Both the position numbers and the translations under genes were made by a program. A DNA stretch of 64,000 nucleotides, taken from positions 1 to 64,000 of IMG/VR virus record IMGVR_UViG_3300042503_001656; one strand, written 5' to 3'. The notes under the pieces were generated by a model, which made no database searches, was not told the origin of the DNA, and was given only the letters and a program-made list of their open reading frames with translations. Positions 36,557 to 46,497 of the stretch are shown in pieces. Within the stretch, counting starts at the first letter, position 1. The number at the start of each line of letters is the position of its first letter. Source of the stretch: an uncultured virus (IMG/VR IMGVR_UViG_3300042503_001656). Taxonomy: Duplodnaviria; Heunggongvirae; Uroviricota; Caudoviricetes.

Positions 36557-36975
36557 GCGAGACAGTTATCGCCACTGGCGAAATCACCAATACCTGCACC
36601 TGTCTTCTTTATGAGGAAGACGGTGAAACAAAGTCAATTGACGAAAAATACGGTTCTTCCTGTTTCGGAGACTGTTGGGAGTTCGCCGTTGAGGACTTTG
36701 CAATGATTACTGAGGAACTTCGCAACTCAAATGAGACCGACTGGTGGAAGGTTGAGGACTTGCGCTTATGGAGTGGCAATGTCTCAGGCTACTTTCACGG
36801 AAAGACCGTCTCAGCCATTATTGAGGGAATGACAGTCCGTAGCGAGTGGAACATGACCTACAAGGTATTCAGTGACCGTATTGAGTATTCACTCAGCCAC
36901 CATGACGCAATGGGTAGCGCAAGCACGCTACGCCCTGTCTCTGATGATGAGCGTGAAGAAATGGGGCTCTACTGA
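36553..36975 (+). CDS. Hypothetical protein
   Basis: Coupled ORF. Confidence 0.7.
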   Translation: MSETVIATGEITNTCTCLLYEEDGETKSIDEKYGSSCFGDCWEFAVEDFAMITEELRNSNETDWWKVEDLRLWSGNVSGYFHGKTVSAIIEGMTVRSEWNMTYKVFSDRIEYSLSHHDAMGSASTLRPVSDDEREEMGLY

Positions 36976-37223
36976 TGAGCATGGAACTTGACGAACGTAA
37001 CTGGACAGAACTGGCGAACTGTAAAGACATGGACAAGTCCGTGTTCTTCCCTAGCACTGTTACTGGCATAAAGGTTGCTAAGAAAGTGTGCTCCACCTGT
37101 CCTGTATCTGCCGAGTGTCTGCAGTACGCAACCGACAACGGGCTTGAGTACGGAGTGTGGGGAGGACTTGGAGAGAGTGACCGACTTCGGTTGGCGAGGG
37201 ACGCTAGGCGTGCCGGGCTCTAA
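36975..37223 (+). CDS. whiB: WhiB-family Fe-S transcription regulator
   Basis: W...ANC...FFP...AKKVCSTCPVSAECLQYA...GVWGGL. Confidence 0.92.
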   Translation: MSMELDERNWTELANCKDMDKSVFFPSTVTGIKVAKKVCSTCPVSAECLQYATDNGLEYGVWGGLGESDRLRLARDARRAGL

Positions 37224-37384
37224 CCAAGCTCCGGAGCCCCGGGCTTGCGTGGGGACAGCAAGTCTCCCCACGCAACTCACTTTCGTGCCGGTGCGCTAGG
37301 GCTGGCCATGAAGGGGCTCCCTTACTTGACGGTGGTGGAAGAGAAACTTGTCGGTCAAGGGTGGGTTCTACTAAGGTGGCAGAC

Positions 37385-37852
37385 ATGGGATTAGACCAAT
37401 ATTTATACGCAAAGAACTACCTCTCACCAATGGAGTGGCGAGGTGAAGAAATGAAAGACAAGTTCAACGCTGTTGCTGACGCAATCGGAGTTAGGGACTT
37501 CATGGACAAGGAAATGCCTTCTATCCAATGCCAAGTGAAGATTGGCTATTGGCGAAAGGCTAATGCCATTCATGATTGGTTCGTACAGAACTGCCAAGAC
37601 GGAAACGACGATTGCCGTGAGAGTTATGTCTCTGTTGAGCAACTAGAGGAACTTCGCAAAGTCTGCAAAATGGTCTTAGAGAACCATGCACTAGCAAGCG
37701 AGTACCTGCCTACTACCACAGGTTTCTTCTTTGGCTCAACCGAATATGACGAATGGTACTTCCGAGACCTTGAAAGCACCGTTGAAATCATTGACAACGC
37801 TCTCTCAAAGATTTCGGACGATTGGTCTTTCTGCTATCAGAGTTCGTGGTAA
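37385..37852 (+). CDS. Conserved phage protein (MGLD...YWRKANAIH family), leaderless
   Basis: Motifs YWRKANAIHDWF, GFFFGSTEYDEWY, YQSSW. Confidence 0.8.
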   Translation: MGLDQYLYAKNYLSPMEWRGEEMKDKFNAVADAIGVRDFMDKEMPSIQCQVKIGYWRKANAIHDWFVQNCQDGNDDCRESYVSVEQLEELRKVCKMVLENHALASEYLPTTTGFFFGSTEYDEWYFRDLESTVEIIDNALSKISDDWSFCYQSSW

Positions 37853-37855
37853 GTC

Positions 37856-38059
37856 ATGGCTCTCAACGCAAAGGAAAGTAGCTTTGATTGGCTTGTCTGT
37901 GATTGTGGAAATAATCCACATTCCGACGGGTTTGACACATGCCTCAAAGACGGAACGATTGTCTATCCAACGCCCGATGAGTGGGACGGAATTCATTACA
38001 TTTGTTATCGCTGTAACAAGGTTTACAACGTGGACACAATGGAAGAGGTCACCGGGTAA
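37856..38059 (+). CDS. Small Zn-ribbon protein
   Basis: CDCGN...CYRC. Confidence 0.65.
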   Translation: MALNAKESSFDWLVCDCGNNPHSDGFDTCLKDGTIVYPTPDEWDGIHYICYRCNKVYNVDTMEEVTG

Positions 38060-38169
38060 GTCCGGATACGGGGCTCCCTCACCGACATACGGAAAATTGT
38101 CGGTTAGGGGTGGGCTCTACTAAGGTGGGTATTACCAGCCCACCACTACTAGAAAAAAGGAACAGGGAA

Positions 38170-38586
38170 ATGGCACAGAAATCCATAAATGTAAAGGTCA
38201 GTACGGCAAAAGTCGTAAAGGCTTTGGAAACAGCACTCGCTAATCGCAAGAAGCAAATTGCCGATTACGAAAAGTCAGTAGAGAACCACAAAAAGGTTGT
38301 CGCTGATTGGGAAAAGTCAATCATTGAGCACATCAAGTCGGGCAAGGCAAAAGTTTCAGATGTTTCTGAAAACTCAAATTGGCGTACCGATACAAAGGAA
38401 GCCCGTGTGACCATCACACTCCCAGCAAGCCTTGTCTGCCCTCAGTCCCCCGACAAGCCCTCAGAAATGTGGAACATCAACAATGACATTGAGGAATTGG
38501 AGAACGCTATCGCTCTACTCAAAATGACAGACGAGGAGTATGTCTCCACAAGCACCTACAAGGGTGTCGCACGACTTATCAAGTAA
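38170..38586 (+). CDS. Hypothetical protein (leadered)
   Basis: Promoter copy 38097; CTACTAGAAAAAAGGAAC leader. Confidence 0.75.
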   Translation: MAQKSINVKVSTAKVVKALETALANRKKQIADYEKSVENHKKVVADWEKSIIEHIKSGKAKVSDVSENSNWRTDTKEARVTITLPASLVCPQSPDKPSEMWNINNDIEELENAIALLKMTDEEYVSTSTYKGVARLIK

Positions 38587-38719
38587 GAGGTCGTTTCCAT
38601 AACGGAGAAAGGGTAGGAGAAATCCTGCCCTTTCTTTATGCCCGAGCCCCGGCTTGGGCAGCTTTGCCGGTTGAGGGAAAATTTGTCGGTTAGGGGTGGG
38701 TAGAAATAGGATTGACGAC

Positions 38720-39058
38720 ATGAACACAAACAAGACACAAAACCAATTGGAGTCACTGATGCAACTCCATTGGGATGTCATCAAATCATTTGGGCCGACA
38801 ACAGCAATAGAGATTCGCTTTCACGCAAATCGCTCACTGAAGTCATACCAACTACTAGCAACATGCTCAGAAGCGGGCTCTGTTTATTACACGCTCCACT
38901 ACAACCCACGAGGGAACTACCCAATGTCACTGAGTTACATCAGTGGTCATGACAGCACAGACGTCACTCTGCCAATGAAAGCCTATTCAGGCTGGCAGTC
39001 TGATGTGCTTGCGTGGATTATCAGTAACCCTGCCTACACAGTAGACGAGGTCTACTGA
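38720..39058 (+). CDS. Leaderless hypothetical protein
   Basis: Promoter copy 38683. Confidence 0.7.
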   Translation: MNTNKTQNQLESLMQLHWDVIKSFGPTTAIEIRFHANRSLKSYQLLATCSEAGSVYYTLHYNPRGNYPMSLSYISGHDSTDVTLPMKAYSGWQSDVLAWIISNPAYTVDEVY

Positions 39059-39378
39059 TGAGAGAGGTAGACGAGACACTGATTGATGCTTGGATTGAGC
39101 AATATAAGCCCATCCCCAATCACATTGGAGAGGGTGGCTGGATTATCAATGAAGTCCCCATCATGTTTGAGACATACGGTGATGAACTTGAATTCGTATT
39201 CAATCAGCCTGCGCACAATGTGTGGACTTGGGTTGATGGAGATGAAGGAAGTTTCATTGTTGCTGGGTTCAGTTATGTGAACAGAATCGGCTATTTCGTC
39301 ACCAAAGAACCATGGGCCCAATTTGAAGAGATTCAGGTTGATTACTACGAGGAAGAGGACGACGATGAAGACCTCTGA
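39058..39378 (+). CDS. Conserved phage hypothetical protein
   Basis: MFETYG.E...VWT.VDGD...VNRIGYFVT. Confidence 0.75.
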   Translation: MREVDETLIDAWIEQYKPIPNHIGEGGWIINEVPIMFETYGDELEFVFNQPAHNVWTWVDGDEGSFIVAGFSYVNRIGYFVTKEPWAQFEEIQVDYYEEEDDDEDL

Positions 39379-39625
39379 TGTAATCAAAGAACTGTCAAAT
39401 ATTGACAAAGACGAAGAAGTCATCTGCGTCTGGTTCAAAAAAGAAGACTTTCCCCTCGGAATCAATGACGATTACGAGTACGAGACCCTTCCCAACACTC
39501 AGTGGAATGAGGTAGTCTCTAGGTTTGAGAGCACTAAATGGGACAACCCCACAAGCAGCTCGTGGACGGAAGTCCATAAAGATATCTATCAACTCGTGGG
39601 AGAAAAAGTAAATGCAGGCGTCTGA
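39365..39625 (+). CDS. Hypothetical protein, paralog of 41604-41915
   Basis: MK...VI..LS....E.....W..K. Confidence 0.65.
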   Translation: MKTSDVIKELSNIDKDEEVICVWFKKEDFPLGINDDYEYETLPNTQWNEVVSRFESTKWDNPTSSSWTEVHKDIYQLVGEKVNAGV

Positions 39626-39878
39626 GGAAGCAAAGAGAGCATTCATGACAAACGCTGTTTCGTTTGTGTTATCTGAATATCCACGCGATGTAGACATCAT
39701 GGATATCCCGACTCTCGTTGAGTATGTCGACAAGCGCGTCCTTGTGTGGGAACCATTCTCGAGACGCTCCGGCATCGAACTGGCAGACATCATCGACCAA
39801 TTGTTCGAGATGAATCTGCAGACACACATGCAGCTGATGGAGGGCGGGGCTCCCGAGCCAGCCAACCACCCCGAGTGA
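39612..39878 (+). CDS. Hypothetical protein
   Basis: Overlapping operon gene. Confidence 0.6.
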   Translation: MQASEEAKRAFMTNAVSFVLSEYPRDVDIMDIPTLVEYVDKRVLVWEPFSRRSGIELADIIDQLFEMNLQTHMQLMEGGAPEPANHPE

Positions 39879-40003
39879 TGATAACCACGCTGCGTGGTTA
39901 TTCAGAAATCCGATAATTCAACAGACTCACCCCAGACAATTTCTACATGACGGTGGTGGAAGAGAATTTGTCGGGTTGGGGTGGGTAGTTGTAAAGTGTT
40001 GTT

Positions 40004-40192
40004 ATGAAGAAATTCCTAATCCGAGTAACAGAATCAATCAATCACGATTACGAGATTGAGGCAGAGACCGAAGAAGAGGCTTTGGCTATCTATTACTCGT
40101 ACGACAACGACGAACTGAAAGAACATGACCTTGACGGTCAGGGTGAATGGGATTCACATCCTTGGGACATTGAGGAAATCAAGGAAGACTGA
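40004..40192 (+). CDS. Leaderless acidic protein (EAE.EEEA family)
   Basis: Promoter copy 39968. Confidence 0.7.
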   Translation: MKKFLIRVTESINHDYEIEAETEEEALAIYYSYDNDELKEHDLDGQGEWDSHPWDIEEIKED

Positions 40193-40395
40193 TGAGTGAA
40201 GAAAGAGAAAGCGAGTTGATGGATGACCTCTTTGAGACCATCACCAACATCGTTCACTATTACAACGGCATTCTTGACGAGATGAAGGCTGGCAAGTACA
40301 CGCCCGAAAAGGCATACCAAGACCACCAGCAACTCATGTTCAACGAAGGAAACGACATCATGCACATTCTTGAAGAACTGGCAGAACTATCATGA
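40192..40395 (+). CDS. Acidic hypothetical protein
   Basis: TGATG coupling. Confidence 0.65.
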   Translation: MSEERESELMDDLFETITNIVHYYNGILDEMKAGKYTPEKAYQDHQQLMFNEGNDIMHILEELAELS

Positions 40396-40556
40396 CCGTC
40401 TACCGAGTAAGCGTTTGGGCTTCCATTGAGGTTGAGGCAGAGAACGAACGAGATGCTGAAGAGAAGGCTCACGATGCCGTTCTCAACGGCGAGATACGGA
40501 TGCGTGACTACGAGTTCACGGCTGAGGAAACTAACCATGAATCGCCAGAACTGTAA
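40392..40556 (+). CDS. Small acidic protein (IEVEAENERDA; not in ORF track)
   Basis: ATGA overlap, 54 aa. Confidence 0.6.
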   Translation: MTVYRVSVWASIEVEAENERDAEEKAHDAVLNGEIRMRDYEFTAEETNHESPEL

Positions 40557-40593
40557 TTTGTCGGTCAAGGGTGGGTCTAACTAAAGTATGTCT

Positions 40594-40923
40594 ATGACCT
40601 TTCATCACTACATCAGAGTTCTTACGGAAGTTGTTTATCCAGAAGACGGCCCGTATTTCCATAAATGGGATTATTTCTCAATTTCCGACGAAGAGCTTCC
40701 CGAACGCTTTCGCCCCACACCAAACAAGGTTGGGTCGGCTAGCGACAACAACATGAAGTATCTTCACCCTTTGTCATCAGAACTGTACGACTGGCTCAAC
40801 GAGGGTGGCTATTGGATAAAGGGCTGGCAAGAGATTAGCCAAGACCAAGAGAAGTGGCTTGACGAGAATGACATTCTCGCAGGTCAGCAAACAGAGACGA
40901 CTCTGGAAGCAGAGTTCATCTAA
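40594..40923 (+). CDS. Leaderless hypothetical protein
   Basis: Promoter copy 40558. Confidence 0.7.
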   Translation: MTFHHYIRVLTEVVYPEDGPYFHKWDYFSISDEELPERFRPTPNKVGSASDNNMKYLHPLSSELYDWLNEGGYWIKGWQEISQDQEKWLDENDILAGQQTETTLEAEFI

Positions 40924-40989
40924 ATTTGTCGGTCAGGGGTGGGTAGAACTAAACTGACTGATGTCCCCAACTACTAGAAGGAACAGAAA

Positions 40990-41607
40990 ATGCCAAATTG
41001 GGTATCAACCACACTGAGCGTAAAAGGCTCAAAAGAAGAAGTACAGCGATTCCTTGATGGAATCACCGAGAATCAGATTCTCAGGTCCTATGTCCCCTGC
41101 CCAGCAGAACTGACAGACACGGTCTCGGGATTCTTGTCGGACGAAGAGCAAATGGCTGAATTGCGCAAGAAGCAAGAAGCGAACAGAGCCAAGTACGGAT
41201 ACACGGACTGGTACGAGTGGTCTTACGAAGAGTGGGGTACCAAGTGGGGCGATTGCGATACTCACTTTGAGCCACTGACCGAACTTGCTGACGGCTCAGC
41301 AGAAGTACAGGGCTGCTTCCAAACAGCGTGGGGTCCAGCCGATACTGGATTCCGTAAAGTCTCAGCACTCTTCCCAACGCTGACATTCCTCTTTGACTAC
41401 GACGAAGAGGCTGGGTTCTTTGCTGGTCTCCACGCAATGAAAGACGGCGAGATTGTCTTTGAGTCAATGTTTGAGCCTTGTAACTACGAGGGAGAAGTTG
41501 ATTGGGACGACGACGAGTCCATTGACAAGTATGAGGCTTGGAAGACTGAGAACAACGACAGAATCTTTGATGAGTATCAGTTGTTCTTGGGTGGTGTTCC
41601 CCAGTGA
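40990..41607 (+). CDS. YubB/DUF1281 ferredoxin-like domain protein
   Basis: MPNW...WYEW...WGTKW...FQTAW.P. Confidence 0.8.
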   Translation: MPNWVSTTLSVKGSKEEVQRFLDGITENQILRSYVPCPAELTDTVSGFLSDEEQMAELRKKQEANRAKYGYTDWYEWSYEEWGTKWGDCDTHFEPLTELADGSAEVQGCFQTAWGPADTGFRKVSALFPTLTFLFDYDEEAGFFAGLHAMKDGEIVFESMFEPCNYEGEVDWDDDESIDKYEAWKTENNDRIFDEYQLFLGGVPQ

Positions 41608-41915
41608 AAATCAAGCAGGTCATAGACATGCTGAGTCGCTACTCACCAGAGGATGAACTGTGCATCCTCTGGTGGGACAAGCCTCAGTTTGACAACCTAG
41701 ACGGACTAGTCCTTGACGATGAGGCGTGGGCTCGCATCTGTAAGGAGTTTGACGAATGGGACGATGCTGGAGCAGACGTGAATCAATGGATTCTTGATGC
41801 CAGTATTGATTACGCAGAATTAGTGAAAGAAGAAGGCATTACTAAATCTGAATACGCAAGTAAGATGGGACTTGCAGAAGAAGCAGTAGACAATTGGAAG
41901 GACCCAGATGCCTGA
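41604..41915 (+). CDS. Acidic hypothetical protein
   Basis: GTGA overlap. Confidence 0.65.
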   Translation: MKIKQVIDMLSRYSPEDELCILWWDKPQFDNLDGLVLDDEAWARICKEFDEWDDAGADVNQWILDASIDYAELVKEEGITKSEYASKMGLAEEAVDNWKDPDA

Positions 41916-42186
41916 TAAGAAAATCAAGAAACACGAATTGATGAATATTCTCGAGGAGAATTACTACACGCTCTCCACAACTGGCTCTGAAGCAGTGGCT
42001 TCAATCTTTGACGATTACTCAAAGGGACTGTTTGAGCCGAACCTCGTAGAATGGGGCATAACCGATGAGCGTCTACTTCAAGTCATCAACAGCATGGTTG
42101 ACGACTGGTGCAGGACCGGGAAGATGGACACGCCTGCATCTGAATTCTACAAGCGCAAGGGATACTTCTTCTCTGACAAGAGGTGA
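41908..42186 (+). CDS. Hypothetical protein
   Basis: Operon gene. Confidence 0.6.
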   Translation: MPDKKIKKHELMNILEENYYTLSTTGSEAVASIFDDYSKGLFEPNLVEWGITDERLLQVINSMVDDWCRTGKMDTPASEFYKRKGYFFSDKR

Positions 42187-42457
42187 GCCATGGAGCCCCG
42201 GCGGGTCGCGAAGGCGAAGGGCCCGGGGGAGTTATCGTCTAGACGGCAGCAGACAACTCCGGAGCTCGCGGCGGCATGCGGCAGAAAATCAAAAAATCGT
42301 ATTTAATTCTGGACCGAGTCAAAATTATCTGACGGTGGTGGATGACCCCAGAAACTATGACACACCCCCTGAAAAAATTCATTTTCTGAATAACTTTTGT
42401 CGGTTAGGGGTGGGTCCCAGTAGAATCCGAAAAACCAACTAATAGAAAGCAGGCCCA

Positions 42458-42961
42458 GTGTCTACAGGATTTATTACAGATGATTTGATTAATTCGAATC
42501 ATAAGAAATTGTGGGGGAAAGCTATCGATGAATACGGAGACGCATTCAGAGTTCCACAAGATGTGGCCACAAAAATAAATGAAACAACTCGTGCTCTTTA
42601 CACTCTTCAAGTGTGGCAAAGAAGCGGGGCTGCGGGGAACCCAGCAAAGTTCCTATCGGCCTACTCCATATATCCCGATGTGTTGATGGAAGTAGTGCGG
42701 GACTTCTGTTCTATGGAAATCGATTCTATGGAAGAAGTGATTGTCAAGACCGAGAAGCGTTCAGATAAATACGATGCTTTCATTGATTGGACAAAGGCCC
42801 ATACATTCGAGCAGTACACCACTGAGCAATTGGTAGAAATAGCTGGATTCTCATATCCCACTACTCTGAAGTTCATCCAGGAGTCACCGGTATTTCGCAA
42901 AATAAAGAAGGGATTGTGGGAAATCCGTGACCCCAAGGCCGATAGAGAGGCCGATAAATAA
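42458..42961 (+). CDS. Hypothetical protein with possible C-terminal wHTH
   Basis: Promoter copy 42397; TTEQLVEIAGFSYPTT...KKGLWE. Confidence 0.65.
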   Translation: MSTGFITDDLINSNHKKLWGKAIDEYGDAFRVPQDVATKINETTRALYTLQVWQRSGAAGNPAKFLSAYSIYPDVLMEVVRDFCSMEIDSMEEVIVKTEKRSDKYDAFIDWTKAHTFEQYTTEQLVEIAGFSYPTTLKFIQESPVFRKIKKGLWEIRDPKADREADK

Positions 42962-43109
42962 AAATTGTCGACCAGGGGTGGGTCCATATAATCTGTCCCT
43001 TGTCAACCCGACAACATTCCCCATATAGGCCATCAGACAAAATTTGTCGGTCAAGGGGGGGTGCTGTTAGTTTGTTCAATGTCAACCGCTACTAGAAAAG
43101 GAACTAGAC

Positions 43110-43841
43110 ATGACAGCAACACCCGATTCAACAACCACACTCCCTGAGTGTTGGCAGATGTTTGAGGACGCAATCACAAACGGCATTGACCGTGTTGTGC
43201 TTTACGGACCATCAGGCATTGGCAAGACCTATGCAGGTCTCAACATGGGCAACACCGATGGTGGAGCCTTCCGTCTCGTTTGCACCGAGGACATGACCAA
43301 CATGGATGTGACTGGTGCATTCATGCCAAGTTCAGACAAAGGCTTTCAGTGGGTCAATGGCTCCGCTATCAAGGCTTGGGAAGGCAACGGCATCGTTGGT
43401 GGTCGTCTCATCGTTGATGAAGTGGACAAGGCATCAGGCGATGTGTTCGCAACGCTTCTCGCAATGCTTGATTCTCCTGAATCTGCAACTTGGGAACACC
43501 CTGAGACTGGTCGCATCGTTCGTCCTCGTGAAGGCTTTACAGCAATCATGACCACCAATGTGGAGAACATGGATGAATTGCCAACAGCATTGGCTGACCG
43601 ATTCCCTGTTCGCATTCGCATCAATGCGCCACACCCAACTGCACTGCTCGCACTGTCTCCTGACTTGCGCAACTTCGCAGTCCGTATGGCTGATGCTGGT
43701 GAACGCCGAATCTCGCTTCGTGCATTCGCATCGTTTGACAAACTTCGCAAGGGTCTTGGCGATGCTCGTGCATCACAGATTGTCTTTGGCTCACGCTCAG
43801 AATCAATCCTTGACGCAATCGCAATTGACAAGGTTTCCTGA
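43110..43841 (+). CDS. MoxR/CbbQ/NirQ-like AAA+ ATPase
   Basis: GPSGIGKT, LIVDEVDKA, TTN, ALADRF, ISLR. Confidence 0.9.
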   Translation: MTATPDSTTTLPECWQMFEDAITNGIDRVVLYGPSGIGKTYAGLNMGNTDGGAFRLVCTEDMTNMDVTGAFMPSSDKGFQWVNGSAIKAWEGNGIVGGRLIVDEVDKASGDVFATLLAMLDSPESATWEHPETGRIVRPREGFTAIMTTNVENMDELPTALADRFPVRIRINAPHPTALLALSPDLRNFAVRMADAGERRISLRAFASFDKLRKGLGDARASQIVFGSRSESILDAIAIDKVS

Positions 43842-43842
43842 G

Positions 43843-45339
43843 ATGAATCATCAGACAGCAATTTACGCCGAGCCTGAATGGCTTGGACGCAATGACGCCG
43901 ATAACGGAAGGTGGGTTGTATCGGAGTGCAACCCACGCCGTGGCGAACCAATGACTGCAATCGCAGAACGCATCATGCGTGTGCCGGTGATGAACACCGA
44001 ACTCGCTCGTGTGATTCGTGCGCACGAGATGATGCATGCAAAAGTTTCTCCACTTGGTGATTCGTTTCAACAATGGATTCAACGAGGCATCGCAACTGAA
44101 AAAGCGATGACAGTCGTTGAGGAATTGCGTGTGAACTTTCTGATTCAACAACGTGGATTCGATGCAAAGGCCCATCTTGCAGACGGTGGAGAAACTGCAG
44201 ACGGTGAACGCTTTGCGAACACCAACGACTGGCAGGGTGCTGTTCACATGGCAATCGCAACTGCTGGCACTGCAAGTAACAAACTGTTCTTGAACGGTGT
44301 ACGCCGACACAATCGCATGTGGGGTGAATCGCTTGCCGATATCTCCAAGCGAGCAGTGAAAGAAATGCAGAAGGCGTATAAGACTGGAACGCTTGCATCA
44401 ACTGCTGTTGATACTCGCACTGGTTTGTTCCCATACGGATTCTCTCACACCGAGCGCATCGCTGAATGGATTGACCGTCTCGCTTCAATCTCTCCTGAGG
44501 AACTTCACGAGGGTGAAGAAGGCGAATCGCAAGAAGGTGCAGAAGGCGAGAGCAACGAGGGTGCAGAAGGCGAACCTGCAAAGGCATCACACTCCAACAA
44601 GGGTCGTGGTCGTCCTAAGAAAGGCACTGGCAAGCGTCTCACTGGAATCACGCCGAGCGAATACACTCGCAACATTCCAATGTGGGGTGAACTGAATATC
44701 GGAAAACTTTCAATGCCACTCGCAACGAAAGGCAACATCGGCAAGAAGCGCACTGCATCAAACATCGGTCGCTCTCCACGCCGTATGCACCGAATCATGA
44801 CCGACCCACAAATGCGTGTCTTTGACAAAGTGACACGAGGCAGTGGTGGCGTTGTCGTGATTGATGCATCAGGTTCAATGAACTTCACGCACGAGCAGAT
44901 TCGCAAGATTGTTGAGAACGCACCCGGTGCAACTGTCATCTCTTACTCAGAGATGGGTGGCAAGGAAACTCCCAACGCTTACATTCTCGCTGATAAGGGT
45001 CGAATGGTCAAAGACTTGCCGACACAAGGTTCAGGCAACGGTGTTGACTTCCCTGCACTTGAATGGGCAGTCAAGAATCGCCAACGCTCAAACTCTCCAA
45101 TCATTTGGGTTACCGATGGTGGCGTGTGCGGAACGAACAGTGGATTCCACAATTCACTTGCGATGCAGTGCATCAACTTCTGCAAGAAGCACAACATCGT
45201 TGTCGTGCCATTCGTTGATGAGGCAATCGCTGAACTTCGCAAAATGAAGAACGGTGGAAAGCCCGAATCTCGCTATCCCGAGATGCTTCGCATGGCGTGG
45301 AAAGAATCAATCGGAACAGAACTCCCAATCAAGGGATAA
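43843..45339 (+). CDS. VWA-domain partner with HExxH N-terminal domain (CobT-like)
   Basis: HEMMH; acidic linker; IDASGSM MIDAS; WVTDG. Confidence 0.8.
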   Translation: MNHQTAIYAEPEWLGRNDADNGRWVVSECNPRRGEPMTAIAERIMRVPVMNTELARVIRAHEMMHAKVSPLGDSFQQWIQRGIATEKAMTVVEELRVNFLIQQRGFDAKAHLADGGETADGERFANTNDWQGAVHMAIATAGTASNKLFLNGVRRHNRMWGESLADISKRAVKEMQKAYKTGTLASTAVDTRTGLFPYGFSHTERIAEWIDRLASISPEELHEGEEGESQEGAEGESNEGAEGEPAKASHSNKGRGRPKKGTGKRLTGITPSEYTRNIPMWGELNIGKLSMPLATKGNIGKKRTASNIGRSPRRMHRIMTDPQMRVFDKVTRGSGGVVVIDASGSMNFTHEQIRKIVENAPGATVISYSEMGGKETPNAYILADKGRMVKDLPTQGSGNGVDFPALEWAVKNRQRSNSPIIWVTDGGVCGTNSGFHNSLAMQCINFCKKHNIVVVPFVDEAIAELRKMKNGGKPESRYPEMLRMAWKESIGTELPIKG

Positions 45340-45343
45340 GGAT

Positions 45344-45379
45344 TCATGGGCCAGTGAGGAAAGCTTCACTGGCCCATGA
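45344..45379 (+). terminator. Stem-loop after AAA/VWA operon
   Basis: TCATGGGCCAGTGA...TCACTGGCCCATGA. Confidence 0.6.
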
Positions 45380-45493
45380 CACCGCACACAGTGGGTCTCT
45401 TTGACCCATGGGTGTTGTTCCTTTCCCATAGAGGTTGGAGACTCACTGTTGTGTCGGTAACATCACAATCAATTACTAGAAACGGAAAAACAA

Positions 45494-45763
45494 ATGGAAA
45501 AGATTTATTCTTTCATCGGAGATGCGACTCACGAGGATTCGCTTGATGGTCTCAACTACTGCATCGTTCTTTGCGATGATGCACCCGGGGACATCGTTGA
45601 TGAGGTAATGGAAGAATCTGAAGATGCAATCTTCTACAAGATAGACAGAGCACAGATGGATTCACTCGCCAAGAGCATTGAGATGGACGTAGACCGTCAT
45701 GCAATGGGTGACGGGTACCTGTTAGACCTCACAGAGCCTTACATCCTCGCTACGGCTGATTAG
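45494..45763 (+). CDS. Acidic hypothetical protein
   Basis: ACTAGAACGGAA leader. Confidence 0.65.
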   Translation: MEKIYSFIGDATHEDSLDGLNYCIVLCDDAPGDIVDEVMEESEDAIFYKIDRAQMDSLAKSIEMDVDRHAMGDGYLLDLTEPYILATAD

Positions 45764-46104
45764 GACCGCTTGGGCCCACTGTCCCTCATGGTCCTAGCCC
45801 ACGAGCGACAGAAGATAATTACTCCAGCGACTAGCACGCAGTTAGTCCAGGAGATATCCCAGCCGAACATCTGTGACGGCTCGAGAAGCTTGAAGATAAT
45901 CCAGGCACCGGTGCCGTACAGAACCGACGTCAACATGAACCCAACAATGAGACCAAAGAAAATCATTCCGACAAAACCTATTACAGCTTTTTCTTCGAGG
46001 ACTTCGTCCGAAGGTATGGGCCGGTGCTTATTAATCGACGGTGGTGGAAGAAACAGTTCCGACCTTCTTAGTCGGTCATCCTTGCGCATCGATGTCTCGC
46101 ACAA
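45760..46104 (-). CDS. Membrane protein
   Basis: Two to three TM segments. Confidence 0.6.
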   Translation of the reverse strand: MCETSMRKDDRLRRSELFLPPPSINKHRPIPSDEVLEEKAVIGFVGMIFFGLIVGFMLTSVLYGTGAWIIFKLLEPSQMFGWDISWTNCVLVAGVIIFCRSWARTMRDSGPKRS

Positions 46105-46462
46105 TCTGATGTACCCGCTGGCGACTCAAATCAAATTCGTCGGCAATCTGGCGGAGCGATTTTCCGGCCGCACGCATTTCGAGAATTCTATTATTTCGAT
46201 TAATGTCCGTCGCAGGCCCTGGACGAAGAGGTCCCCATACCCATCCCGCGATACTCGAGAGCTCTTTAACTCTTTCTTCAGAAAGTTGATTTTTTCTGTA
46301 ACGTTGCCTGGCGTAACCAACCCAAGCTCCCAGATTAATTTCAGATTCTTCGATTTTTTCGACATGCGCGGCCGGTACGTGAGTGTGCCCTTCTCGTTCG
46401 GCGAACTGCTTAAGCGCTTTGATGTAAATATTGAAACGTGTGGTGTTGTCCATAGTCGTCAT
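46076..46462 (-). CDS. Helicase-associated (HA) domain + sigma-region-4-like HTH regulator
   Basis: F.EREGH..VP...LG.WV...R...LSEER...L...GW.W; GKSLRQIADEFDLSRQRVHQI. Confidence 0.8.
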   Translation of the reverse strand: MTTMDNTTRFNIYIKALKQFAEREGHTHVPAAHVEKIEESEINLGAWVGYARQRYRKNQLSEERVKELSSIAGWVWGPLRPGPATDINRNNRILEMRAAGKSLRQIADEFDLSRQRVHQIVRDIDAQG

Positions 46463-46497
46463 AGTAATACATTAACAAGTCAAAGGATGAGAGCACA

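Noticed and set aside
16517..43075. Dispersed repeat as a CRISPR array
   Set aside because: Spacing is 250-1700 bp with genes between, the repeats are degenerate with -35/-10 geometry, and no cas genes are visible.
43558..43842. Extension of the VWA ORF into the AAA gene (fusion or frameshift)
   Set aside because: The AAA gene has its own stop and an ATG follows at 43843; no slippery site seen.
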